Shown: piece after piece, positions 1 to 14,785 of the stretch
How positions within the stretch are numbered: the stretch's first letter is position 1
How the letters are laid out: each line of letters begins with the position of its first letter
Made by a program: the position numbers and the translations under genes
Notes under the pieces: generated by a model
The model's input: the letters and a program-made list of their open reading frames with translations, nothing else
Database searches by the model: none
Told to the model about the DNA's origin: nothing
Assembly: GCF_009914755.1 (NCBI RefSeq)
Contig: NC_060928.1
Strand: one strand, 5' to 3'
Length of the DNA: 64,000 bases
Source: the human T2T-CHM13v2.0 reference genome, Homo sapiens

Positions 1-3000
1 GGATGTTTCATGTGCATTTGAGAACATTGTGAATTTTGCAGATGTTGGATTGAATGTTCTGTAAATGTCTGTAAGGTTCATTTGCTCTAGAGTGAAGTTT
101 AAATCTAATTTTTTGTGGTGTTGGCTTTATGTCTGGAAAATCTCTTCATTGCTGAAAGTGGGGTGTCGAAGTTTCCTACTGTTAGTGTATTGGAGTCTAT
201 TCTTCCCTTTAGATATATTAATATTTGCTTCATACATTTAAGTGTGAGGTGCATATATATTTACAATTGTCATATTCTCTTATACTGACCCCTTTATCAT
301 TACATAACAGCCTTGTTTGTCTTTTTTTTTAGTTTGTCTTTAGTTTTTGATTTAAAGTATATTTTATATCTTTTTCCATCCATTCACTTTTCATCTATGC
401 ATGTCCTTTGGGTGAAGAGAATCTCTTGTGGACAATATATAGTTTTTTAAAAAATCTATTCAGCCACTTTATGTCTTTTAATAAGAGAATTTAATCTATT
501 GATATTGAAGGTAATTATTCAATATCAATAATTGTTGTGTCATAATAGGTAAGATCTTGGTGCTACTATACTATAAATTGTTTTCTGATTGTTTTATAGA
601 AACTTTGTTCCTTTCTCCTCCTACTGTTTTCTTTTGTGGTTAAGTGGCATTTTCTATCAGTATGTTTGATTTGTTGCTTTTTGTTTTTAGTGTATCTATG
701 AAAAGCTTTTGCTTTGTGGTTCCCACAAGGCTTACAAAGAACACGTTATAGGTATAACAGGTTATTCTGAACTGATAACAACTTAATTTTGACTGCAAAA
801 ATAGGAAAACAACTTTAGTCTTTAACCCCGATTACTCCTCTACATTTTGCATTTTTGATGCCATAGTTTACATTATTAATTAATTAATTATTATTTTAGA
901 CAGGGTCTCTGTCACCCAGGCTGGAGTGCAGTGGCACAACCTTGGCTTACCGCAACCTCTGCCTCCCAGCTCAAGTCGTCCTCCCACCGCAGCCTCCCGA
1001 GTAGCTGAAACTATAGGTGAGCACCACCATGCCTGGCTAATTTTTTATATTTTTGGTAGAAATGGGGTTTCACCATGTTGCCCAGGTTGGTCTCAAGCTC
1101 CTGAGCTCCCACAATCTGCCTGCCTTGGCCTTCCAAAGTGCTAGGATCGTGGGCATTAGGCACAGCGCCTGGCCAATTTATATCTTTTTAAACAGCTTAT
1201 CCCTTAACTAATTGTTGCAGGTCTTATTACTTTTATTTTGGTTGACCTTCCTGTTTAGCAGTGTAAGTGGTTTATGTCCCACAATTACTGTGTTAGAGTA
1301 TTCTGAATTTGTCTGAACACTTACTTTTACCTGTGGATTTTATACCTTTAGATGCTTTCATGTTACACATTAGAATTCTTTTCTTTCACTTTGAAGAATG
1401 ACCTTTAGTGTTTCTTGTAAAGCAGGCCTAGTTAAAATTAATTCACTCAGCTTTTGTTTATCTGGAAATGTCTTTATTTCTCCTTCATTTCTGAATGATT
1501 GCTTTGCTGATAAAGTATATTTTGTTGGCAGCTTCTTTTTCCTTCAGCACTTTGAATATATTATCCCACTCTCTCCTGGTCTGTAGGGTGTCTGTTGCCA
1601 GATGTACTGGAATTCTCTTATGTGTTATTTAATTCTTTTCTCTTGCTGCTTTCAGTCTTATCTCTTTGTCTTTGACCTTTGAAATTTGATTATAATATGA
1701 TTTGGAGGTGTCTTATTTGGGTTGAATCTGATTGATGATTTTTGATCTTTCTGTCTCTGAATATTTGTGCCTTTCTCATAGTTTGGAAAGTTTTTGTTAT
1801 TTCTTTGAATAAGCTTTTTACTCATTTTTTATTCTCTAGTCCCTTTTTAATGCCGTTGCTATGTAAATTTTCTCTATTGATGAAATCTCATAGGTCTCAT
1901 CAGTTCTTTTTGTTCTTTCTCCTTCTTTTTTCCTCCCTTGATAGTGTATTTTTGAATAGCTTGTCTTCAAACTCACTGTCTGTCTCTTCTGTTTTGAGCA
2001 ATTCTGCTATTGATGCCCTTTATTGCATTTAAAAATTCATCTATTATACTATTCAGCTCCAGGATTCTGTTGACTTTTTACAGAGTTTTTCAATTTCTCT
2101 ATTGAAGTTCTCTGTCAAACTTTTGAGTTATTTCTCTGTCCTTTCTTGAAGGTTGTTGAGTTTTCTTAAAACAGCTATTTGAAATTCTTTGTCTGCCATA
2201 TTATTCATCTGCATGTCTGGAGTTGCTGGCACATCTTTGTGTTTATTTGCTGAGGTCAGCTTTTCTAGGATATTCTTATTCCTTGTAGATATGCATCTTT
2301 GTCCTCATATTTATGAATCAGGTATTTATTCCTATGAATAAGAATGCATACAGAGATCTACAAATCAGGTAGTGATTCCTAAGTGTTCACCACCTGGGCT
2401 TGTTTCTGACCTTTCTATTTTAGAAATAGGGTTTGGTTTTTAGAAATTCTGAGCATACTGTTGTATTCCATTTGAGCACTACAGGGTGCCCTAAGCCCAG
2501 GTTAGGTATGATTCTCAAGATGGTTCCACTGTTAATGCAATGTCTGAATAGATGTGCCTGTAGCAGATACACAAAGGGTCCCTGGGCCATGTTGGAGAGC
2601 CAGTCAGGCTCTTAAGTTCAGAGGATCCATGGAACATTGTTTCTGCCATGTGGTGCAGTCTTTCTGGTGCAGTAGCTGCTCTGGAAGGCGTGATGAGTTC
2701 CACACACTAGCTGCTGCTAGTCCCAGTCCCTCTCACTGTCCCTAAATAACTAAAGGTGGATCAGGCCCATAGGTACTTGCAGCACTCTCCATGGGTCAAT
2801 TTAAGAGCAAGTCTCTTGCAGAGGGACCGAGGTTGGTTAGGAAGCCAAATGTCGGCCTCCAGCCCACTTTTCCAGTGTAGAAACTGTGAGTCCAGGGAGA
2901 TGTTCCACATGAGATAACATAATGGCTTGGGCGCAGGGTGTCATTGTCATAGAGGACTGGTTCCCTTACCATCCAACTGAGGTTTTATTCATCTTTGCAG

Positions 3001-3150
3001 TCCAACGGGGCTTCACAGTCTCACTCACGTGTTCAGGTTCGCTTAGCTCCTGTGAAGGTACTTTTGTGCATGGATAGTTGTTCAAATTGATATTCTTGTG
3101 GGGATAAGATCACTGGAGAGATCTACTCCACCATCTTTCCCTGCCCTTTG
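1..3150 (-). mobile_element. Old LINE-1 (L1M-type), 5' portion: ORF2 endonuclease region, ORF1 and 5'UTR remnants, interrupted by an Alu
   Basis: Antisense L1 motifs, e.g. gtttcttgtaaagcaggcctag...ctcagcttttgtttatctggaaatgtctttatttctccttcatttctgaatgat (ORF1) and a more GC-rich 5'UTR-like part at ~2480-3150. No intact ORF. Confidence 0.85.
895..1174 (-). mobile_element. Alu SINE (AluJ-like)
   Basis: agacagggtctctgtcacccaggctggagtgcagtggc...gcgcctggcc. Dimeric Alu with high divergence. Confidence 0.95.
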
Positions 3151-3254
3151 TTAAGAACAGTTTTAGTCTTACATTAAGATTCCACCATTAACTATTTATA
3201 CTATGCATCGTAGGCATAACATTATATTCTCAGCCAGAAATTTAAAAAAACCAT

Positions 3255-6200
3255 TTAAATAAATTTATTGAGGGATAATTGACAAACAATAAAGTGTTCA
3301 TTATTGAAAAGTATAAAATTTGTTGAATTTGGACACCTGTGAAATTATTACTGCAACCAAGAGAATATACCTGTCATCCTCTCAAATTTTCCTTGTGCTT
3401 CTTTGTAATTTCTTCCTTTTTTCCAACACTCTTTTATCACTAATGCAACCGCTGGTCTGCTTATACTGTTTAGATGTTTGTCTCCTCTAAATCTCATGTT
3501 GAAATCTGATTCCTGTTGTTGGAGGTGGGACCTGATAGGAGGTGACTGGATCATGGGGTCAGATCTCTCATGAATAGTTTAGCACCATCTCCTTCGTAAT
3601 AAGCAAGTTCTCATTCAGTTAGTTCACATGAGATCTGTTGTTTAACAGTGTGTGGCACCTCCCCTGCTTGCTGTGTTGCTCTTGCTTTTACCATGTGATG
3701 CACCTGTTTCCTCTTTGCCTTCTGCCATGACTGTAAGATTTCTGAGGCCCTCAGCAGAAGCAGATACTGGTGTCATGCTTCTTGTACAGCCCACAGAACC
3801 ACAAGCCAATTAAACCTCTTTTCTTCATAAATTACCCAACCTCAATTATTCCTTTACAGTCATGCCAATAGACTAATACATCTGGTTTCCGTCAGCATGG
3901 TTAGCATTTTTTGAGTTTTATATAAATGGAGTCAAACAGTATATACTCTAATTTGTCTTCCTCTTCCGCTCAGAAAAATTATTTTGACATTTATAGACAT
4001 TGTCTGTAACAACAGTTAATTTCTTTTTATTGCAGAAGAGTATTTCATTGTACGCATATATATAATCTATGTATTTACCTGTAGGTGGACTTATGGATTG
4101 TTTCTGGGTTTTTTCTAATGCAAATAAAATTCTAAGATCATTCATACACAAGTGGACATATGTTTTCATTTACTTTTAAAAAAACTTAGGAGCAGAATGG
4201 CTGGATCAAATGGTAGATTTATATTGAACTTTTAAAGAACCTGTCCATAGGTTTTCAAAGTGGCCAAATCATTTTGCTTTCTCAAAACATGTATGAGAGT
4301 CTCAGTTTTCCACATCTTTTGCCAAAACTTGCTATGGTCACTTTTTAACATTTTAGCCTTCTAGTGGGTGGTGGTAGTGATATTTCACTGTGATTTTAGT
4401 GTGTTTTTTTTCTAATGACTAAAGATGCTGAGCACTTTTTTCATGTGTAGATAAATATCTGTATCTCTTTTTTCATCAAGTATTTGTTCAAATCATTTGC
4501 TTATTTTTTAATGGTTGTTTGTTGTCTTATTGAGCTGTAAGAACTTACATACTCTATATACAAGTTCTTCACTGGATAGAGGTTTTTGCAAATATTGTCT
4601 CTCAGTCTGTAGTTTGCCCTGTCATTTTCCTAATAGTATTTTATAAAGAGCAAAAGTCTTTAGTGTTATGTGATACTAATTTGTTAGTTATTTTCTTTAA
4701 TATAAACTATTTAAAACATTGTTGTCAAATGCAAAGTGACTAAGATTTTTCTCCTATCATTTCTTCTAAAAATTTAGTAGTTTTAGCTTCTATATTTTAG
4801 TCTGATTTATTTTTAGTTTTTTTAAAAATAAAGTTATCCAATTGTTCTAGCTTAACTTATTAAAAAGATGATCATTTCTTCATTGAATTCTCTTGGCACT
4901 TTCGTTGAAATCAACTGGCCATATATGTGTGGATCTATTTCTGGACTATTTGGTTGCATTACATTGTATGTCTCTCTTTATGTCAATATTATACTTTCTT
5001 GATTAATGTAGTTTTATAATATATCTTGAAATCACATACTATAAGTCCTCTAACTTTGTTCTGTCTTTTAAAATTGTTTCAGCTTTCCTATGTCTTATGC
5101 ATTTATATTAATATATAAATTTGAGTCAGATGGTCGATTTCTATCAAAAGCCTGCTAGAATTATGATTGAGATTGCTGTGAATTTACACATCAATTTAGA
5201 AAGAACAGAATCTTTACAATAATGATTTGACCTATGAATATGGTATGTCTCATCTTATTTTTATACCTTTAACATTTCTTTTGGCAATGTTTTATAATTT
5301 TCAGTGTACAGATCTTACACATATTTTGCCAAATTTACTTGTAACTCTACTTGAAAATTTTGATGGAATTGTAAATGGTATAGTTCTCAATTTTAATTTC
5401 TGATTTATTGCTACTTCATAGAAATATAATTAATTTCTGTATATTGACTTTGTAAACCTTGCTCAACTCTATTATTAGTTGTAGTAGATTTTCCCAGAGC
5501 TGTTAAGATTTTCCACAAAGATGATTATGACATCTGTGAATAAAGACAATTTTATTTCTTTTATTTTCCAATATGAGTGCCATTTATTATCTTCTTTCTT
5601 TAATGCACTGATGAGGTCCTCCAGTCAAATGTTGACTGGTGTTGGCAAGATGATTTTGGGACTTTTATGTTGTTTGATTCTGGAATTTTTGTATTCTTTT
5701 TCATATTTTTTTGAGATTTGCTCTGTGATTAATTTGCCTTTTGGAAACACTAGACTATCCTTTAGTCTGGAGCTGATTTGGTTCCACTATTGAGAGAATA
5801 CTTTTCTGAGTATATAATGTGATCCCTCATGCATTGAGAGATTTCTGTCCTCTTGCTGTTGGGAGCATAAATTATTCCCAGGTGAGTACAATCTCTGGAA
5901 TTGCTTCAACACTCTCTGGTAATTACCTCACATCCATGTGTGAAAAAGTACTCAGCCTCGAAGCTAGGGAAACCCCTTGTATATTTTCAGAATTCTCTTT
6001 CTCAGTGCAGCACTCTCCTATTACTCCACCCTATGAATTCTGGCTACTTTGGACTTTCCATATTCCCAACCCTGTCACTTCAATTCAGAAGGCCTTTGAG
6101 TATCTTTTTGGTGTCCACTATTTTGCACTGAGACCTGGAAACTCGGCAGGCAGAAGGCATGGGCAACTTTACACCTCACCTCCCTTGTTTCCCTTTTCTC

Positions 6201-6345
6201 AGGGATTGCTGTCTTGGGATGACTGTTGTTCAATCTCTGAAAATGGTTGTTCTGTATACTTTTTGTTCATTTTTGTTTGTTTATAATTAGAGAGGGTACA
6301 ACTGATTTCTATTACTCCATCACGGCCAGAAACAAAAGTCTTGTG
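3255..6345 (-). mobile_element. Old LINE-1 fragments (L1MB/L1MC/L1ME-like): 3'UTR and ORF2, plus a 5'-end-like piece at ~5650-6345
   Basis: 3'-end motif tttattgagggataattgaca..., antisense ORF2 motifs (ggatctatttctggactatt, aagcctgctagaattatgattgagattg), and 5'-end motif ttactccatcacggccagaaacaaaagtc. Confidence 0.75.
3461..3880 (+). mobile_element. MaLR solo LTR (MSTB/MSTA-like) inserted in L1
   Basis: Starts ttatactgtttagatgtttgtctcctctaaatctcatgttgaaat and ends gactaataca. Imperfect 5-bp TSD tctgc/tctgg. Confidence 0.9.
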
Positions 6346-6384
6346 TGTATTTTTAATTCATAAACATTGTCAAATTTATTAGGA

Positions 6385-6935
6385 CTCATACAGTTGACCC
6401 ATTTAGAAACAAAAACCAACTCAACTTCCTGAAATAGCTGAAAATTCTTCCTGAAAGAGTTCAGCGAAGTGGGAAGTCCAAGGTAGATAATAAAATTAAG
6501 AGGTTTAATCAACATAATGAAAACACATTCTTTTTCCATCTCATATTTGCTTACTTTCTTGTATCTGTTTAGCTTTATTTTCAGAACATTACTCTCCACA
6601 GAGTGGAAAGATGACTTGGCAGCTTTAGGCTTATGTGGAACTTAGAAGCTTATTTCAGAGGAAGGGTGAGCATCTTTCCGATAACCCTGGTGACATTTCT
6701 TGGGGAGGATTCTGACTGGCCAGTTTAACTTACATATGCAACTCTAAAGCAGTAACTCTGGTAAGGGTATGGCATACTTTGATTTGGTGGACTGGTTCTG
6801 GACCTCCTTGCCAAGGAGAGTGTAAAAGTCAGCTATACCAGGAATGTAATGGGTTGAACAGACTTATTTAGAGTGAGGAAGGACTAATTTCACAAAGCAA
6901 GCAATATTGGGGCAATACAAAATGCGTGTCAACTA
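6385..6935 (-). mobile_element. Ancient MaLR LTR relic (MLT1J/K/L-like)
   Basis: Motifs agaaacaaaaaccaactcaac and ggggaggattctgactggccagtttaacttaca resemble old MLT1 consensus. Confidence 0.5.
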
Positions 6936-6962
6936 TATTACTAATGATATTGTTTAGTTATT

Positions 6963-8207
<1,245 letters not shown>

Positions 8208-8208
8208 A

Positions 8209-8778
8209 ATATTGTTTAGTTATTTATTACTGCATAACCGATTACCCAAAACCTAGCATTTTAAAATAATGAATAGGTATTATTTCACCTTTCCTGTGAG
8301 TTAGGCATTTCAAAGCACATTAGTTGGATGGTTCTGGCTTAGGGTCTCTCTTGAGTTTTCACTCAGCTATTGGTCAGGGCTGCAGTCATCTGAAAGCTTG
8401 ACTGGGGACAAGGAAGGTAAGGATCTACTTTTAAGTTCACTCACTTGGTTGTTGTCATGCTTCAGTTATTTGCCAGTTGTTGGCTGGAAACCTCAGTTTC
8501 TCATCACATGGAGCTCTCTGTAGGCTGCCTGAGTGTTCTTACAACATGGAAGTTGAATTCTTCAAGAGTGAGTGATCTAAGATAATTTTCTTTTTGCACA
8601 TTAGTTGAAAACCACAGCCTTTTAATCAGAAATGATATCACATAACTTCTGCCTTGTTCATTTTGTTAGACATGAGTCACTTGATCCAGGTTACACTCAA
8701 GAGGAAAGGAATAGTGTTCCATCTCTTGAAGGCAGAAATACTAAAAACTATGTGCACATATTTTTGAAATCACCATAG
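8209..8778 (-). mobile_element. MaLR LTR (MLT1F/G/H-like)
   Basis: tattactgcataaccgattacccaaaacctagc...ggttctggcttagggtctctc...gggctgcagtcatctgaaagcttgactgggg. Confidence 0.75.
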
Positions 8779-9820
8779 GATGTTTATAACTAGAACCTAT
8801 AATTTATAATAATCACAAGAACTTGGATTTTTTTTTCCAGTTCTTCAGATACAATTTAACTAATTTGTGCTCTAAAAAACAAAGGCTACATTATATTACC
8901 TTTTCAGAAGGAAAATCATACTGAAATGCAGAAATTTTCTTGATACATTTTGTAATGATAATAAATAGTTGAATTTCTGGAATGTTTTAGGAATGGAAAT
9001 AGGTGTAAAGGTATGCTGATAAACTATATTTAAAATGTTTTGAGGTAGTTTATACAAATTCAGAAAAACTTATAGATTGAAAAAATATAATAACTGCAAC
9101 TTTTGCCTTCAGAGTCTTAATATAATCTCATCTTTGTAAGTTTTGAATGAAATTACTGTCAAGTTCAGTATAATGTGAAGGAGATGAATTACGTATATGA
9201 TACCTTGTATTTCATTTAAAGTTGTGGCCTATAGACAGCCATTCTGATACATTTTGCAAAAATCTACCTTGTGTAGACATTTCTAAAAACATCATATGGA
9301 GATATCTTTAGAAAGGTAATAGCATGACAATGAACTAAAATCATCATGTGTTACTTTATTTGTTTAAAGTTACTATCATTGAAATACGTATCTTAGCTAT
9401 AACTTGTAGCCTTTTCTCAAACCTAATGTTTGCTCTAAGAAAGAGGCATAAAATATTTCAAAATATGTTCTTTTCCATTTGCCTTAATCCAATTTTCCTT
9501 CATTTTAACATGGAAATTCAATGAAAAAAATATCTACATGAACAGTAGCTTTGGACAGTTCAGCTTTAAGCTTGAAGGTGTTTTTATTTTGAAAAATCTA
9601 CTCTTTTGTCAAAGATGTTCACTGAAAATGAATTCAAATGATACACAGATGCAGTAGTTTATATTATTAAATCTCTTTTCCGTCCTGGGCTCCTAAGTGC
9701 CTCTGTTCTGATGGCCAGAAAGAAAAACTCTTACAGATTTGTATGTACTTGATGAGGATAGTCTATGCACTATGTGTATGTGTGTAGGCATGCTTGTTTG
9801 CAATGTTTTCCTTTTTTATA

Positions 9821-10010
9821 CCAGTATTTCTCTAATTTTAGCATGCTTCACAATTACCTGGAAAGACTGTTAAAACACAAATTGTTAGGCTCCCAACCAC
9901 AGAGTTTCCAGTTTAGTAAGTGGGGTTGAGAATTGAGAATTTACCTTTCTAACAAGTTCCTAGGGGAAGCTGAAGATGCTGGATGGGGAATCACACTTTT
10001 ATGATCACTG
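9821..10010. mobile_element. MER5A-like hAT-Charlie DNA transposon relic
   Basis: cagtatttctctaattttagcatgc...attacctggaaagactgttaaaacaca...tttctaacaagttcctagg...cacacttttatgatcactg; ~190 bp with cagt/actg ends. Confidence 0.8.
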
Positions 10011-10624
10011 AATTATACAAATGACAGTAACTTGCTTTTTTCTTTATCTACTAAAGATTTGTTCCTGTCCATTTATTTGAAACTGCATCATTTTTTTTTG
10101 AGACTTGAGTTAAATGGATCAATCATAATGTAGTTAATGTGCCTCTATTGATGGATGCTTAGGTTGTTTCTAATATTTGAAGCTTTGATGGAAGCAGGTA
10201 AATTGCCCAATATTTAATTTTCCAAAATGGACACTTTGCCTAATATACGGCTCACAAATCGATTCACAAGAGGTGAAATCAGGGAATGTTCAATTTGTAG
10301 AATATCTAATTTAAAGATTTACTAATTGTAGTCCTCTCGAATGTTTTGATGGCTTTTACAGAAATGGTGCAACAGCCTTATACAAATGCTTAATTTTGGT
10401 TACTGGTGATAAAATATACTTTTCTTAAAACAACTAAAGTAAGGTTGATATGTTACTGATTATATTGTCCAGAGAATCATAAAATTACTTATAGATTAGT
10501 GAACAAGCAATCAGTATAAATTTAAAATTTCCTTTAATTCATGCTATTTTTCTAACCAAAATTCTGCCATTTGGTACATAATTATAATATTTAAACTGCT
10601 AGTGATTTGATTTATATGCCTTTT

Positions 10625-10928
10625 TGAAATTTATTTATTTCGAGACGGAGTTTTGCTCTTGTTTCTCAGGTTGGAGTGCAATGGCGCCAGGCACATCTCG
10701 GCTCACTGCAACCTCCGCCTCCCAGATACAAGCGATTCTTCTGCCTCAGCATCCTGAAGAGCTGAGATTACAGGCATGCGCCACCACGCCCGGCTAATTT
10801 TGTGTTTTTGGTAGAGATGGGGTTTCTCCATGTTGGTCAGCCGGTCTCAAACTCCTGACCTTAAGCGATCCGCCCGCCTCGGCCTCCCGAAGTGCTGGGA
10901 TTACAGGCGTGAGCCACTGCGCCTGGCC
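10625..10928 (-). mobile_element. Alu SINE (AluSp-like)
   Basis: Diagnostic gctcttgtt, gagtgcaatggc and tttctccatgttggtcag. Imperfect TSD tttatatgccttt/tctatatgtcttt. Confidence 0.93.
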
Positions 10929-10959
10929 TCTATATGTCTTTAAATATAATTTTTTAGCT

Positions 10960-11500
10960 TTTAAAATGGGAACATATTGATTATTGCTTTGCAAATACCT
11001 CAAATGATGGTGTAGTTTTAATTTTATATGACCGAGACCACAGAGAAACACTGAAACTCTCCCACTTTTTTGGGTAGTAAGCACTACCACTGGTATACGG
11101 AAAATACAGTAGAAAAAGAGCCCCGTGTGGGGCAGATGCACAGGGAAGACTAAATGTTGAGAAGATAGCGTAAATATTAAACACATGAAACAAAACAAAA
11201 ACCCACTGGAAATACTGGTCCATCCCCAATCTCAAACATATGCTAGAGGAAGTTGAAGCTAGAAGTACAGTGGAGGTTATCATAGCAATAGTAAAACTTA
11301 AACTTAGCTCAACTCCTAGCTAGATTGACTTACCTCCCAACTTTCACACTAATATCCTGGCAGAAGCGGCATGTACATTTCCAGGCATAAATTCTATGCT
11401 ATTTATCTCATAAATACTATGCTATTTACCCCAGTTGCTACTAGTCTGAACAATATGCACGGCATTCAGTGAAAATTATAAGATGTACAACAACACCCAG
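10960..11500 (+). mobile_element. Old L1M 5'-region fragment
   Basis: cttaaacttagctcaactcctagctagattgact and gaaaattataagatgtacaa resemble the L1MC/MD 5' region (compare 33050-33190). Confidence 0.5.
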
Positions 11501-11647
11501 GGTATGGTATATCTTTATATAAATTACACAGATGGCTGCAAAAAATGAGCATTCTGTTGTTGGGTGGAGTGTTGTATAATGTCTATTAGATCTTGTTGAT
11601 TGATGGTGTTGTTGAGTATTTACATTCTTGATTTTCTGTCTACATGG

Positions 11648-12229
11648 CTGTGATGGTTAATTTTAGGCATAAAATTGATTGGATTAGGAAACAGAGAACT
11701 GGTAAAGCATTATTTCTGGGTGTGTCTGGGACAGTGTTTCCAGAGGAGATTGGCATGTGGGTCAGTGAACTGAGGGAGGGAGCACTACCCTCAATGTGGG
11801 CAGGCACTGTCCAATCGGTTAGAGACCCAAATAGAACAAACACAGAGGAAAGGTGAATTTTTTTCTCTCTCTCCTGGAGTTGGGATACCTGTCTCCTGCC
11901 CTAGGACATGAAAACTTCATGTTATCGGGTGTTTGGACTCTGGTACTTAGCTAGCTTTTCCTCCTCACCCAGCCCCTTGCCCTCAGGATCTCAGGCCTTT
12001 GGCCTCAGACTAAGAGTTACACCAGCAGCTTCCCTGGTTCTGAGGCTTTAGGATGTGGAATGAGCCCTGCTATTGGCATCCCAGGGTCTCCAGCTTGCCA
12101 TGGCCTGCCATGGGACTTCTCAGCCTCCATAACTGCTTGGGCCAATTCCCCTAATAAATTTCATCTCACATGTCTATGTATATTTATATCTTATTTGTTC
12201 TGTCTTGCTGGAGAAGCCTGACTAATACA
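11648..12229 (+). mobile_element. ERVL solo LTR (MLT2B/C-like)
   Basis: tgtgatggttaattttagg...ctgggtgtgtctggg...gaggagattggcatgtgggtcagtgaactga...ctgactaataca. Confidence 0.88.
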
Positions 12230-12319
12230 GTGGGTGTTGAAGTCTCTGATTATAATTGTAGATTTGTATGCTTCTTTTTTTAGCTCTAACAGTTTTTGCT
12301 TCACATATATATTTTAAAA

Positions 12320-13035
12320 ATTCTTTTATTTGAAAAATGAAAAATGTGTCTATTTGTGGTATACAACATGGTGTTTTGAAATATGAAAATTCAACATTGT
12401 TGAATGGCCAAATCATGCTAATGCAATTAACGTGTATTAGCTCAGTTTTTTGTGGTGAGAACATTTAAATCTACTCTTCTAGCTATTTTTGAGTATACAG
12501 TATATTAACTATAGTCATCATGTTATACACTAGATCTCTTGAACTTATTCCTGCTGTCAATGAAAGTTTGTATCCTTTGACCAATATCTTCCTAGTCCTA
12601 CCCACCTCCCCAGTACCTAGTAACTACCATCTACCCTCTGCTATGAGTTTGCCATTTTTAGGTTCCACATATAAGTGAGATTATGTGGTATTTGTTTTTC
12701 TGTGCCTGGCTTTTTTCATTGAATGTAATATCCTCCAGGTTCATCAATGTTGTGGAAAATAACAAGATTTCCTTCTTTTTAAAGGCTAGTGTTCCATTGT
12801 ATATTTATACCGTGTTTTTTCATCCATTCATTGATGGATATTTAGTTTAATTCTGTGTCTTGGCTATTGTAAAGAATGCTGTAATGAGCATGGGAGTGCA
12901 GATATCTGTTTGACACAATAATTAGTATTTTCTTGGGATATATACTTAGGCATGGGACTGTTGGATAGTATGGTAGTTCTATTATTTTTTGAGTAACCTC
13001 CACACTATTTTCCATAATGGCTATACTAATTCACA
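12320..13035 (-). mobile_element. L1MA-like 3' end fragment
   Basis: ttttgtggtgagaacatttaaatctactc, tagatctcttgaacttattcc, ttccacatataagtgagatt. Confidence 0.85.
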
Positions 13036-13299
13036 TATATTTCATTTATTTTATTTTGTGCATATGCATTTAGGATTGCTGTGTCTTCCTGGAGAATTAA
13101 CTCCTGTATCATTATATGGTGTCCCTTTGTCCCTGCTTTTTTTTCTTTGAAGTTGATTTTAGATATTAGTATTGTCATTCATACTCTCATTTGACTAAAA
13201 TATTTGCATGGTATATAATTTTCCATTCCTTTTAATCTACCTATATAATTTTATTTAAAGTGAGTTTTAAAATATCTTTTATTAAAATTATCCACATAT

Positions 13300-13929
13300 T
13301 TTATTTATTTATTTAAAAATATTTTGATGTTTAGGTTTAGGAGAACATGTGCAGGTTTGTAGTATAGGTAAACTTGTGATTTGGGGGTTTGGTGTACAGA
13401 TTATTTTGTCACACAGGTACTAAGCATAGTACCTGACAGTTTTTTTTTTTTTTCCTGAACCTCTTTCTCCTCTTACTTTCCACCCTCAAGTAAGCCCCAG
13501 TGTCCGCTGTTCCCCTCTTTCTGTCCACGTGTTCTCATTATTTAACTCCCACTTATGAGTGAGAATGTGCGGCATTTGTTTTTCTGTTCCTTCATTAGTT
13601 TGCTGAGGATAATGGCCTCCAGCTCCTTCTATGTTCCTGCAAAGGTCATGGTCTCATTCTTTCATATGGCTATGTAGTATTTGATGGTGTATATGTTCCA
13701 CATTTTCTTTATCCAGTATACAATTGATGGGCATTTAGGTTGATACCATATCTTTGTTATTGGGAATAGTACCTCAATGAACATTCATGTCCATGTTTCT
13801 TTATGGTAGAATGATTTATATTCATTTGGGTATATACCCAGTAGTGGGATTGTTGTGTTGAATGGTAGGTCTGTTTTAAGTTCTTTGAGGAATTGCCACA
13901 CTGCTTTCCACAAGAGTTGAACTAATTTG
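13300..13929 (-). mobile_element. L1PA13-16-like 3' end fragment
   Basis: acatgtgcaggtttgtagtataggtaaacttgtg...ggtgtacagattattttgtcac...gttgaactaattt. Confidence 0.88.
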
Positions 13930-14050
13930 AAGTGAGGTTTTTGGAGACAGCATTTGGCTAGGTTATATTTAAAACCCACTCTGCTAATCTATTTTAATGC
14001 GTGTATTTAGACTATTTACATTTAATAAAATTAATGATAGGTTAAGGCTT

Positions 14051-14785
14051 TGATATGGTCTGGCTGTGTCCCTGCCTGTATTAGTCCATTTTCACACTGC
14101 TGATAAAGACATACCTGATACTGGGCAATTTATTAAAGAAAGACGTTTGTTGGACTCAAAGGTCCATGTGTCTGGGGAGGCCTCGCAATCATGGTAGAAG
14201 ATGAAAGGCATGTCTCACATGGTGGCAGACAAGAGAAAAGAGCTTGTGCAGGGAAACTCCACTTTTAAAACCATCACTTCTCATGAAACTTAGTCACTAT
14301 CATGAAAACAGCATGGGAAAGACTCACCCTCATGATTCACTAACCCCCCCAGGCCCCTCCCACAACACGTGGGAATTATGGGAGCTACATGATGAGATTT
14401 GGGTGGGGACACAGAGCCAACCCATATCCCCAGCAAATCTCATCTTGAACTGTAGTTCCCATAATCTTCATGTGATCTGGGAGGGACCACGTGGAAATAA
14501 TTGGACTCATGAGGATGGTTCCCCCATCTTCTTCTCATAATAGTGAGTTCTCACGAGATCTGATCTGATGGTTTTATAGAGGGCTTCCCCTTTGCTGGAC
14601 ACTCATTCTTCTCCTTCCTGATGCTATGTGAAGAAGGATGTGTTTGCTTCCCCTTCTGTCATAATTGTAAGTTTCCTGAGGCCTCCGCAGCCGTGCTGAA
14701 CTGTGAATCACTTAAAACTCTTTTCTTTATAAATTAGCGAGTCTTGGGTATGTCTTTATTGGCAGCAAGAGAATAGACTAATACA
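14051..14785 (+). mobile_element. THE1C/D-like solo LTR split by a second THE1 LTR
   Basis: Starts tgatatggtctggctgtgtccc, resumes caaatctcatcttgaactgtagttccc, ends gactaataca. Exact TSD ggctt at 14046-14050 and 14786-14790. Confidence 0.92.
14077..14428 (-). mobile_element. THE1B-like solo LTR nested in opposite orientation
   Basis: tgtattagtccattttcacactgctgataaagacatacctga...gggtggggacacagagccaacccatatc. Confidence 0.92.

Noticed and set aside
5819-6286. 155-codon ORF
   Set aside because: Lies in antisense old L1-like sequence and has no protein-like signature.
10190-10580. Possible ancient DNA transposon relic
   Set aside because: Resemblance too weak to assign without an HMM search.
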